NCBI GenBank assembly: GCA_051294905.1
Contig: CM119372.1
Span: forward strand, 1 to 64,000
DNA length: 64,000 bases
Reading direction: 5' to 3'
Source of the DNA: Botryllus schlosseri
Taxonomy: Eukaryota
Shown here: positions 49,883-61,589 of the stretch, in pieces
How the letters are laid out: each line of letters starts with the position of its first letter
Numbering within the stretch: the first letter of the stretch is position 1
Notes under the pieces: model-generated
Databases searched by the model: none
What the model was told of the DNA's origin: nothing
The model's input: only the letters and a program-made list of their open reading frames with translations
Translations under genes and position numbers: made by a program

Positions 49883-51613
49883 CGATATTCATTTCGTATT
49901 GTATATTATTTTGGCGGGGGAGAATGTGGTGTTAGTAATCATTGTTGATGTAATCATTACGCTGCCTTATATTGCACCCGCTGTCGTGGGTATGGCCATT
50001 CCTTATTTGCCGAGTTGCTGTTAGTTGTACGTCTCGCTAATATTAAAGTAGTATTGGACTCGACGTTCTGCGTTCCTGGTCATTGGATATTGGGTCTAAG
50101 TCAGGACACTCTGCTTCCGTAATCTGATTTACCGGTAGAGCTAAGTAAGGTGTGCTTGAAAAGGTAGGACCCCTCAATAATAATTGAACATCTCCGGGTG
50201 TATACTCGTTGTCAGGAACGAAACAGCACTTCGTCAGGCCCCCAAAAAACTACTTGGGCTCCCATAGGGTGATGAACCGACCCCTTCCCAATCACGTCGT
50301 TCGCTTTTGCCACGAAATTACAGTTGTACTGTTCAGTTAGCCAGAGCCAAGCGCGAAGATTTCTGATAATTCACGATAAAATCGGCCAATAAGATCGGGA
50401 ATTGCATATATATTATGCTATCAATTTCTTGTCCTCTCTACTCACGTAATTAGATTTACCGGTAGAGCTGAGTGAGGTGTCTTTGAAACTGTAGAGCCCG
50501 TAAATAATAATTAAACATCTTCTGACGGGCGGACTCGCTGGTATGACTTCGTTACATGATGTTATTTTGTGACCTGCTGTCTGCTATATCAAAAAATATA
50601 GGATCGCCCAAACGTACTAAACTAATCGATCACACGATTTTAAATTGGTATTTCTTCACTGGCATCTAATTTTTCTTTGCGGGATGGTATTTGTCTTGTG
50701 AGGTTCAGATTACTAAGACAGGAACATTCGGCGCCAGTCATTTAGGCGCCTATGGACAAATAAACCTATATGTATTTCGTATATATAACGTAGTTTTCGG
50801 TCACCATAAGGGCAGTCCTTTTCGGCCAAGGTTTCTCGCTGTCGATCGTTCTGGCACACTTCTTGGAGTCGCGTGTTGGATGGCCTAAAACTATATATGT
50901 CTTGGTGCGTCGTGGCGCGGTAATGGTCAACGCCGATATGCCCATTTCTATAAATCTTACGTATTTTTCCTTGGGGGAAGAGTACCCAATTATCAAAACA
51001 TTTGGCAACTTGAAATCGCACGCATCGCGAAAAAGTTGCGTAAAGTTTCAAAAAAATATTTTATAATTTATGCTAATTCACCAAAAAATTTGGGGCCCCC
51101 TTTCGAGCTCGCCCCCCCCCCCCCAAATGGGGGGTTTGGGGTGCGGCAGTTACGGCCCTGACCGTAAGCAGTTACCTTTCTCTGAACATTAATTATGCGG
51201 TATAGCGACTGCCTAGCCAATTCACGAACATACCTATAACCAGGGCATGTTATGGTATGGTATGGTATGGAGGTATGGTATGGTATGGATCGATATTTTG
51301 GTATGGAATATGGAACAATGCAAGTATGGTATGGAATGGAAGATTTTAATCTATGGTATGGAACGGCATTTCCATACTTCCATACTTAGGTGTTTCATAC
51401 ATTTTATCGTGATCTGTGCAAGCTTCATGAAGCGTACGTTGATCGCTGTTCACGGAATACGATCGCTTTTGTTATGTGTGAACGTGAACTATTGAATGCT
51501 GTGTAGGAACAAATACACGATTGTGCAACGGTTTTAGGAGCACTTGGAATGACATGATTTTGTGACGTAATAATGACAACAGTAATGTTGATCCGATATT
51601 CTATTGAGTCTAG

Positions 51614-53687
51614 CAGGGTTGTAATGACTCGAGTCATGACTCGACTCGAGTTAGACTCGAGTCACGATTTTTTTGTGACTCGACTTGACTCGAGTCATTT
51701 TCTTGAAATGGGAAAATGACTCGACTCGACTCGAGTCAATATTTGGATTGACTCGACTTGTACTCGAGTCATTACGCATGACTCGACCCAAGTCATTGAC
51801 TTGGTTTATTTTATATGACTCGAAGACGAAGAAATTTGCGAATCGTAACGGCTAGATAAACGCATCTGACGAATTCTGACCACATCGCTATTTGTCACCA
51901 CTGCTTTCGTTGCACTAGTCTGATATCAGATAGGCCGCCGTAAAAACAACAGACAATGGTACATAGTAGCAATGCATTGTACAAAATCATCCAGTGATGA
52001 AGAGGTAATAAATCCTCCCCAATCAAAGTACCGTACTCAAGACTTTTCAATTATACAAGCATAGAATCGAAGCAAAATTCAATTAGAAGCAATGCAATGA
52101 CTCAGATGGTCAAGTACTTGAAAGAGACTGATAACCTCATGTGTAGATTTGAAGGCGATGATTATTTGCATTTTTGGGCGACTAGAAAGAATGAGTATCC
52201 AACGCTCTTCAGTGAGGTTCAAAAATGCTTGTGAATTCCTGCATCTAGTGTACCAGTGGAAAGTGTATTCAGTAAATGTGGATTTATTCTAAGGCCACGC
52301 CGCTTTAATATATCTGAGGATTTCCTCTCCACTTTGGTATTTTTGAAGTGTAACTCAGCATTGATTTGAACTGCTGTCTGTGAAAACACACAATACCCTC
52401 CGTCCATTAGACGTTTTATTAGGTATATGCATTGTGCACGTGAGTAATAATGAATGGCTAATGTTGTGTGATGTTTGTACAGTAGGGCTGTTCAAAAATA
52501 ACTTCTTTTTTATTTTACTTGATGGCTACTTGATAAAATTGTTACGTTGCATTAAAAGAACACTGAATCTGGTTAAATTTTAAAAAGTAGAAGCAATGAT
52601 ATGAAAAGAGAAAATTTTGGATTTGAAAATTGATGGAGTATTTTTAGTGAGAAATTATTTCATATAATATAATTACATACTAGTGGTAAGCCGACTATTT
52701 TTTCATATCCAAAATATCCTACTCCGATAACTTCGCTTCTTCTTGTTGGAATAGAGCAAAATTTGCTATGAATCATATTTTTACACAATCTAACAATATC
52801 ATGAGGTAGCCAGTAAAATTGGAAAATCTCAATTCGTAATTAATCCAAAATTTTCTCCCAGAGCATTACTTTCTACCGGTCGGAATTGAGCCTAATTTAA
52901 GTTTTTTTAGGCAATCTAACTATTCTAAGAAGTATAGCCAGAAAATTGGAAAAAATGTTTTTAACAGCCCCAATTATTTCTCCAATGCTGTAACTGCGAT
53001 GTAATCTGTAATGCAATTGGGAAAACCTTTAGTAATATCAAAAGGTATCTGTTTTTTGTCACTGCACATAGCTACATGCACGCTTTTACAGCATGTTGGC
53101 CTGGTGAAAATACCGCTACATAAACATGCATCTGTTGATTCTCTATCACCGCTTATTTGTCGACATGAATTCGTAGGTTCTCTATCAGATAGTATGTAGA
53201 CTTGAATTCGTTGGTTCACAATCAGCTATTTGTGAGCTGTCGTCGATGTGGTCGTAATAAAAACTGAATGCTTATATTTGTGATGTATCAGACTAACAAG
53301 ACAGATATTTGATTTTAAGTTCTAAGATTAGTAAAGTTATCATAGTGGCGGCCTGTGTCGTCTATCTGTAGTATCGGTAAATGAGGTCAGGAACTGTTCG
53401 TAGTCTAACTAAATAAACATGTGCTAAGACTCTTGTAGGGACAAAATAAGCATGTTAGGCAAACAAGGAATTCGATATCACCCAAGCAGGATTGAAAACA
53501 TTGGATGAACTTGACTTCAATACTGTGACTTGGACTCGGACTCGAGTCATAACACTATGCCTCGGACTTGACCCCGTAAATGGTGACTTGGACTCGGTGT
53601 TGAATTGAAAATGACATGACTCGAATCAAAACCACAAAAGTAAGATTGACTCGTGACTCGGAACCATGTGACTTGGTTACAACCCTG
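51614..53687 (+). mobile_element. Deleted hAT-Ac type element with GACTC subterminal repeats and dimerisation-domain remnant
   Basis: CAGGGTTGTAA / TTACAACCCTG; perfect TSD GAGTCTAG; IPASSVPVESVFSKCGFILRPRR...LVFLKCN at ~52235-52353. Confidence 0.92.
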
Positions 53688-54206
53688 GAGTCTAGACACG
53701 ACGTCTCCGAGCAAAGTCTATCGTGTGATGCAATAATTGGTAATGTGGGCTACTCCAACTACCTCATTCCTTGAGTGACGACAGCTTACAAGCAATCATG
53801 ATGCTCAATGTGATTGATGATTACATTTCTTCTGAAATATTGTCCGCACATTTATACTATTTACATAGCGAGATATCTTATTGATCATATTTCAAACGAT
53901 CTCACATTAGGAGTATAGATCAGGGAGTGGGGTAGATATAGTTGGAAATTTTCACCACGCTAACCTCAACCAAATACTGTACTAATAATCACGCAGATCG
54001 CTGCAGTATTGATCGCCTGTAATAGCTCGGACATTTTTTGGGTGCGCCTACCCTGTAAAAATAATCATGAGTGTACCCATAGTCTAGACCTGGTCCCACC
54101 TGGGTCATGTCGACATGGAAAAGGCCCATGATAACTTGTCGACATCCATGTTCCTACCCATGTGCTAATAATGATTCAAATTGACCTTTCACCTCTACTA
54201 ATGTAC

Positions 54207-56767
54207 CAGACATGGGGTGATTACTTTATGAATGTAATCGATTGCGATTACGATTACTTCGGAATCACGCGATTACGATTACGATTACGATTACAGCAAA
54301 ATCAGGAAGTAGTCGATTACGATTACGATTACATTGGAAAAGTAATCACGATTACTCACGATTACATTTGTTTTGCTTAGGACTATAATCTTAAATGATA
54401 TATTGGAAGAAAATACAAGGATTGCGATGAAAAGGCTTAATGAGATATCAACTTTCTTCATACATCATGCGTCATTTGCTTATTACGTCATAATATACCA
54501 ATTGCCCAACTTTATAGTGGATGATTTATCGCATCCAACGATTTGCATTATTGCCAGGTCTTTACCTGCCGCACCCCAAATTCCTTAATAGGGTGGGGAT
54601 CGTGCTCGAAGGAGACTCAAAAGTATTTCGTAAACCAACATAAATTATAGAGTATTTTCGAGAATTTAATTAATTCTTGAAAATGTTCTTTGAGCTTTGA
54701 GATTCAAATGTCTCTAGTACAGGGATCACCAACGCGGACCAAATGAGTCACCCGCGGTCGTTGTAGTAGTGGTGGCTTTTCGGGTGGGTGAGGTGGGCGG
54801 TCGCCGGGGGGCCCTCATGGTCGAAGGGCTCCTCTATTTGGATTATGAGCTTTTTTCAAGGATAATAACGGATAAGCATGGAATTCCGTGTAAAGCAAGA
54901 ATAGGATTCCGTACAGATGTGTCAATCATCATCAAATCTCTGCATTTGTTCGAAAAGTCCAGTATCCCGATAATCATCACGTCTCTGCATGCGGTAGAAT
55001 TACTTAGTTTTAATGTAGTCTATCCTTGCCCACATGAAAAAATAGACATGGCCGAATCCAGCACCTGGCCAAACCTTGATAGATAGATAATAATGGCAGA
55101 TGCGAAAGGGGGGTCTGGGGGGCGAAGCCCCCCATGAGTTATGGATAGATACTTATAGGGGGGCCGGTAAGTCTCGCCTTCTGCGCGCACTGCAGCAACG
55201 CAACTGAGCTTGGAGGAGCTGGTGTGAGTCCCTGCGAGTGAGCGTTTTTTGTTCTTGGTAAGGGGCGGAAACCCGGCCCAGTGCTCTGATTGTCGGTAGA
55301 TAGCTGGGTTTGAAATGCATGCCTCTTTCCCTCAAGAAAAAACATACATAGGGTATTTTATGGGAACAGGCATTTCAGAGCCGGTCATTACCGCGCGACG
55401 ATCTCGCAACACACCAAAAGACATATGCAGGCTCGGCCAACACGCAACTCCACGGGATGTGATACCAAAGAAATACCTTGGCCGAAACTTGGGGTATTCG
55501 TCCATTGTCAATAGCCGCGCTGGGTGGGCGTGACTAATAACTCCTGTCCTTCCAATCTGGGCCCACAATGCAAATGTCACTCGGCGCATCCACAAAGGAA
55601 TAAAGCCATGACAATTTGTGTGTGTGTCTCACAAAAGATATTCTTTTAGTCTGCTACGTTTGGGTGGTACAATATCTTTTGATTATACAACGGACTGGAG
55701 GTCGCGAATTAACAACATACCAGATGCTATAAATATGAATCACGTGCCCCAGCTTTACAGGTAAATCCGACACTCGGGGCTCAGATAGGTTATATATGAA
55801 TAGTAATATAATGCAATTACCAATATTATTGACGAAATTCAGTTTTGAAAATTGACCAACGGTTGGACAGGGGAATTGCTGTTTTGGCTGAATTGCTGAT
55901 TCTAGCTACAACCCACGCTAACATGTCAGGCTATATAAGCGGATGGTTATGGCGGCAGGTCCAAATGCTAAGTAACGAACTGTGAAATAACGATTGACGC
56001 CCGTTTCAAGTAGTTATATGAGAATAAGATATAGTTAACATAAAAATTCTGCCTTCAACGTAATACACATACAGCGAGCTGCTGTTACGAGAAACGGCTA
56101 AGCACGGCTCGGTTATGATATATATCAGCAGCTGTTTATTTGTAATGCTTCGTTGTGGAAACTGCAATGTTTTATTCGACGAGTACAAAATTCCGAATCT
56201 TCGTCAGGTGCACGTGCGTACGTAGGCCTCCTGCTCGCCAAGCAGCAATGGTAAACTGCGCTTAACTAAGCACAACCAAACATCAATACATAAGTTACTA
56301 TTTGCAACTATAGGCAGAGTGGTGATCAATATCCTGCTGCGAGGTAGCGGCTTCTGTAGTGTATTCATAACCTGATATACACCACGGGAGGTGTTACAAT
56401 CACACTGCAATGTCCATCGCATGTCTGTTTATTATGTGCGGATACTTCTTACGCAATGACGAGCGGAGCTAATACTTCTGACGTAATAATGAGTCAGTGG
56501 CATTTGAAAACAGACGTTTGTGTTATCGCTAACGTGGTATATTATCTCATTCTTGTTCACGAATATTCAGTTTATGTCATAGTCCTTGTACAAACAAAAA
56601 GTAATCGTTCTTTCACAAAAAAATCGATTAGATATGGGAAGTAGTCGATTACGATTACGATTACTTCGGATTTTTTTCGAATGTAATCGATTGCGATTAT
56701 GATTACTTCAAAATGCTGTAATCGTCGTAATCGATTACGATTACTAATCGCGATTACCCCATGTCTG
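54207..56767. mobile_element. Non-autonomous hAT element with GATTAC subterminal repeats and mixed internal sequence
   Basis: CAGACATGGGGT / ACCCCATGTCTG; perfect TSD TAATGTAC. Confidence 0.9.
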
Positions 56768-56788
56768 TAATGTACACATACCCTGTGG

Positions 56789-59700
56789 TTAGATGTATTT
56801 AGCTGTATTTGACATCTGGAATGTTTGCAAGAAAATCTGCGAAAAGTTTAATGAACTCGCTGATGCTGGCGCAAACTTGATATTGAAAACGCAATATGTC
56901 GCCAATGTATGATGGAAACTCATTATTCCATCGACAGATTCCCCATCGAAATGGATTGTCCACTTTTTCTGAAGAGTATCGAACTTCATCGTCAGGTAGA
57001 CATTCTTCGGATCCTATAATGAATATAAATGTCATTACCATTCATGCACTATTCAAGGCACACGGGTTGATAGAATACAGATGAATAGTTTCCGAGGTGG
57101 TTTAAGGTTGTATCCATCACAGCCAGTTAAGATGACAAAAATCTATTACCACCTCATTACATTAATTGACCTTGTCTACGAATTGTCTCGGTATGTCCAA
57201 AATCTACTTTTAACTTGACAATATCAAGTATGCACATGCACAGTCTTCCATTACTTTACCTGTGCACCACTATACTATTTGATGCTACGACCTACGACCC
57301 AATTATTAATAAATGGATGGATTAATGCACGGATGGGCGGTAAATCCAGGATTTGAAAACTTGTATTTTGGTGACGGAGTTCAACTTTGGTGATTGTGAC
57401 CCGGCCAAAGGTTGTTTGTGTCTTTTCTGGGAATTCCGAAAACAGAACTACTCACTTTTTCAAATCAGCAAGTAAAACTAAAACTAGGACTAATCAATCA
57501 CCTTATAAAATTCAAAACTAGAATTGCAACTAAAATTACTCAATTTTCAAAATCCACCAATATAACTATAACTTACAACTATACCTAGAACTTATTAAAA
57601 TTCGATATTAGAACTAGTACTAGCAACCTTTTAAAATCAGTAAGCTTACGAACTAAATCACAATCAGTGGTTTTTGACTGGTTTTCCCGCGAGGCAATGG
57701 TGCACACTAAACTCACATTGTTTGTAGGGCTGGGCATAATGATTCGAGCACTTGAATCTGAATTGAGTATTATTATTATTATTGTAGTATTGTCTTGTAG
57801 TATTATTGAGCAAACAAGTTTTGGCCATTATCAACAACTCAACTTATCCACAATCAGGAACCTGTCGAAGCGTTCATTGAAAACGGTGGGGATGTCGACC
57901 ACCCAGTCCAATTTCTGATTACCTGAATGAGAAGTGAGAGATCAGCTCAAGTGAAACACTCGAGAAAAAAAAAAACGTTTTAAAAATTAAATAGATTCAG
58001 TTACAAAAATTAAATGAATGCAGCTTTACTGTTTGTGTAGTGTGAACTGCAAATATGGACGTGGCAAAAAAATATGCAAATTTTAACATTCCCTTAGGAG
58101 GGACCAGACAGTTTTTAAAATTGGCAACTTGAAATAGCCTATTTCTATAATATCCTACCAAGAAGTAATGACCTTTATAAATCCGCAACTAACGAACTAT
58201 AATACATCGAACTCAGCCATGGGCAAAGTGAGGCCCGCTATTTTGAGAAGCACGCGTGGCCATTTCTTGGAATTAAAAACATAATACCTACTTTTGAATA
58301 TTGCTGCGTGGAATAAAACCATAAACTGGATAAACTGAGCTGGAACGGAAATTGATTTACTTTGAAGCCTGCTCAATAATATATCGCGATTACATAGCCT
58401 ACGTCCCTCCCAAGCTTGTATGCGTAATACAGATTTAAAATGAAGTCAATATAGCAAAGTAAGTCGTAACAATTAGTCACAATAAGTTACTTCTTCCATA
58501 TAGTTTGGTTCAAACCTTCTTTGTTGCCATTGTCAGTGCGCGTTTTTACTGAGACCTCATCATACATATAGGGTGAATGGGCATATCATAAAAAGAATGT
58601 CAGAAGCTGAAATGCAAAGAAGGTATGGAGCACTAAACACAGGGCCGCAACTGCCGCTTCCCAGACCCCTCAAATGGAGAGGGCCCGAGCTCGAAGCAGC
58701 AAAAATTACTTCGTAAATGGACATAAATCCTATAATTTATGAAACTTCATTCAAATTTTCTTCGTGCGATATATAGTGACTAGATGTTTTGATAATAATA
58801 TGGTTACCACTCTACCCGCAGCTAATTTATAGAGATCAGCATTTCGGCGTCAGCCGTTAGCGCGTCAGGACACACCAAGACGTTGACAATGACATTTCGG
58901 CTAACATGTGACTCTGGGAAGTGTGCTGCAAAAAAACTCAACGCCGAGGAAACTTTGACCAAAAGTACCGCCACATGTCGGCCGAAACCGATATATATAT
59001 GTCAATTTAATCAAGTCGCAACTGTTAGGATATAGCCTACCTTTTAATGCCTTGATATTAAAACCTGGATTACAGAGAATTCAAAATGTATCATGTTTAA
59101 CATTATCTTGAATTAGGAGGGAAAATAAATATAAATTTTCATTTCGTTAATTAACCGTACTTTTCTCATAAGGCTATCTAATATCAACACATCCGCGGAG
59201 ACGTATTTAACAATGTAATTCACTGCTTTCCATTTATAAATAAAATCAATACACTGGAGAATATAACTGAACATGTTGGCTCGGCACGCCAACTATTTTC
59301 TATTACTGAAGTGGCCTGCAGCGAAAAATAATTGCCCACCCCTAATCTAACTAGATCTGTGGAATCACTCAGGTAGGCTATTCGATTTTAACCCACCCTC
59401 GCGATGACATGTGTTTTTCAGTTATTGAGCACCTACACAACTGCGAAGCTGGAACAAGAATTATTTCCCGAAACCCGCTAAAATTTGAACTAACTAAAAT
59501 TTGAACTAATCATTTTTCACAATCCGCAACTGGAACTACTCGACAGATATTGACCGCCAACTAACTAAATTTGCAAAAGTCTCTTACTTACCCATAACTT
59601 TTTGTATTTCTATCGGAATTTCTAGCGGTTGCAGGAGACTGAGTGTAGAGCTCCAAGTCTTTTCCAAAATCTTCGAGGTCAAGTCAACATCCAAACAGGC

Positions 59701-61440
59701 TTGATTCAGGCAACATATTTTCACTTCTTCCAAAATCTGAACATTGTGACAGATTTACATCATAGCTAATTAATTAAGTTAGTGTGCAGGAGTTTTTAGT
59801 ACTATCAGTAGTCTCAATTTAAGCACAAGTCGGGCTTGTGGTCGACGATATGTCACAGCTATCGTAAATTATTTCAGCAATATATATATGTAGTTTGTTT
59901 TGTACTATCATAGCATTCTGAAAAACGAACTCTTTGTGGGCTTGTTGCAAAGTCGCAGGTTGACTCGATCATGGCAATGCTGTGTTTGAAACCACTGCGT
60001 TAGGCTGTACCTACCAAGGGAGCATGGGTCAAAACTGGGTATATCTTCAATCTCCATCAGTATTCTTGCTGATGTTCCATTTACGACACTGTCGCGGCGT
60101 GATTTAAAAGTTCTTCTCATTCTATCTTGCAGCATCTCTTCATCTGGCACCCTCCATTTCCACTCTGACTTATTTCCTTTTGATGCTCGTCGACGCTAAG
60201 TTCGTCTTCGGAAGGGTATAGATGTTTTGACTTTGCTAATAGCTTTCTCTGCACAAGTATAGAAGAGTCACGATAATACTTGGCTTAGCCATGGAAATAT
60301 CTCTTCAGCACAGAAATAGCAACGTGCTTGTAACAAATCGATTGCAAGGTTGAAATTAAAGGGGCACCACTCTAAATATGATGTGGTCTCTCATCATCAT
60401 CATCATCATCATTGGTTTATTAGCAATTTTATCAGTTCAATACAACACAAAAACGCGATACAATGAAAAGAAAGGAAGATGTCGAAGCGACTAGGAGTTG
60501 TCTATGGAATCGGACACCCACCTTGGCCTAGGCGATGTAAAGAGGGGGCATGCACACTGAATGAAAGTAAAGAAGATAGCATAGAAAAAGGAAGCGACAA
60601 GAAATAGGGCAGCATGTCATGGGAAGCGAGATCGATAGGTCAGTCGTGGTCCTGTAATCTTGAGGATGGACTGTATTTATCTCAAGAGATAATCTATAAA
60701 AAACTCCAATTATGATAAATCCAATTACCCTAAATATAATTATTTTACTGCATTTTGATTTAATACAGTGTTCAGTATAACAAGTAGATTTAATTTCTTA
60801 GCCGTTTTTTTATCTGGACCATACAGTGAAAATGTGACGTTAGTCAAAATAACCCCATGGGATATCATCACCAAAACCAGAGACAATTTGAAAAAACCAA
60901 GGTCATATTTGGAATCAGTGTTCTTCGGAACTCCGAAACAACTCTTCCAATATGCGTTAAGAGTGTAATCCTAGTATAGTAGCCTACCAATTTATTTGTG
61001 GTAACAATTACTTACTTTCATCGTCTGTCAAGATTCGTCATATTACTCCTTTATCTTGAATTGTCGAGAGATCTTACGAGGCAAATGCCTCGTCGTAATA
61101 TAGAAGTTGAATATACTATCCCCGATATTACTCCGAAATACAGTTCTCACAGTTTCAGCTATCTCAGATCTGTGATCCACCGTAATCACTCGTTCGTGAT
61201 CTCCAGCAGCCTCATTTTCAATGTCACAAATATCACAGGAGTAATATTACAAACAACTGCAGTATGTATATCTGTAAAATACAAATTTACATTAGTTCTT
61301 CATGTTTCTAGGGTTTTCAAATCTTGAATCAAAGGCTCGAGTATAGCATGATATGCTATATTTTTTAAAGCTGGAGTTTTTTCAATCACCTCGGGATGAA
61401 TATTCCTCCAGTTGGATAAATACTTCACTTTAATATTGCC
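56789..61440 (-). pseudogene. Decayed EnSpm/CACTA(CMC)-like element: transposase scrap plus spliced SAMD3-like accessory gene pieces
   Basis: ILEPLIQDLKTLET (~61300-61345); frameshifted QLLYYDEAF..DLSTIQDKG (~61040-61110); MRRTFKSRRDSVVNG (~60075-60120); LATYCVFNIKFAPASASSLNFSQ (~56840-56910). Recognised from recalled motifs only. Confidence 0.55.
60391..60680 (-). mobile_element. 5'-truncated 3' end of the CR1/L2 family
   Basis: Reverse complement of ~23175-23454 with (TGA)n tail. Confidence 0.93.
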
Positions 61441-61589
61441 CAGTATGGTACAAAATAAAAGCGAGGGAGCTTGTGTAACGTCTAGAACTACTAACGCATT
61501 ACCAACTTCCACATAATCTACAACTACAAACAAACGGATACGCAGTAAACTTTGATCACTATTTGCAGCCGTTCGGCAGTTCTGAGGAA

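Larger units (their letters stand above)
43495..50108 (+). mobile_element. Ty3/Gypsy LTR retrotransposon, full length, interrupted in RT
   Basis: 184-bp TG...CA LTRs at 43495-43678 and 49925-50108, identical by eye; TSD CTCTG; PPT GGCGGGGGAGAA before the 3' LTR; order gag-PR-RT-RH-IN. Confidence 0.98.
43101..51160. mobile_element. Non-autonomous DNA transposon (CAGGGCCGTAAC TIRs, 8-bp TSD) hosting the Gypsy element
   Basis: CAGGGCCGTAAC / GTTACGGCCCTG; TSD ACCATAAG / ACCGTAAG; relatives at 46649-47660 and ~58640-58990. Confidence 0.85.

Noticed and set aside
54373..54460. ILEENTRIAMKRLNE as the next HOOK exon
   Set aside because: Weak resemblance, lies inside a TSD-bounded transposon, and lacks convincing in-phase splice sites.
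54990..55080. PIF1 helicase-like SIFSCGQG on the minus strand
   Set aside because: Too short, followed by a stop, and the expected ALSR motif is absent.
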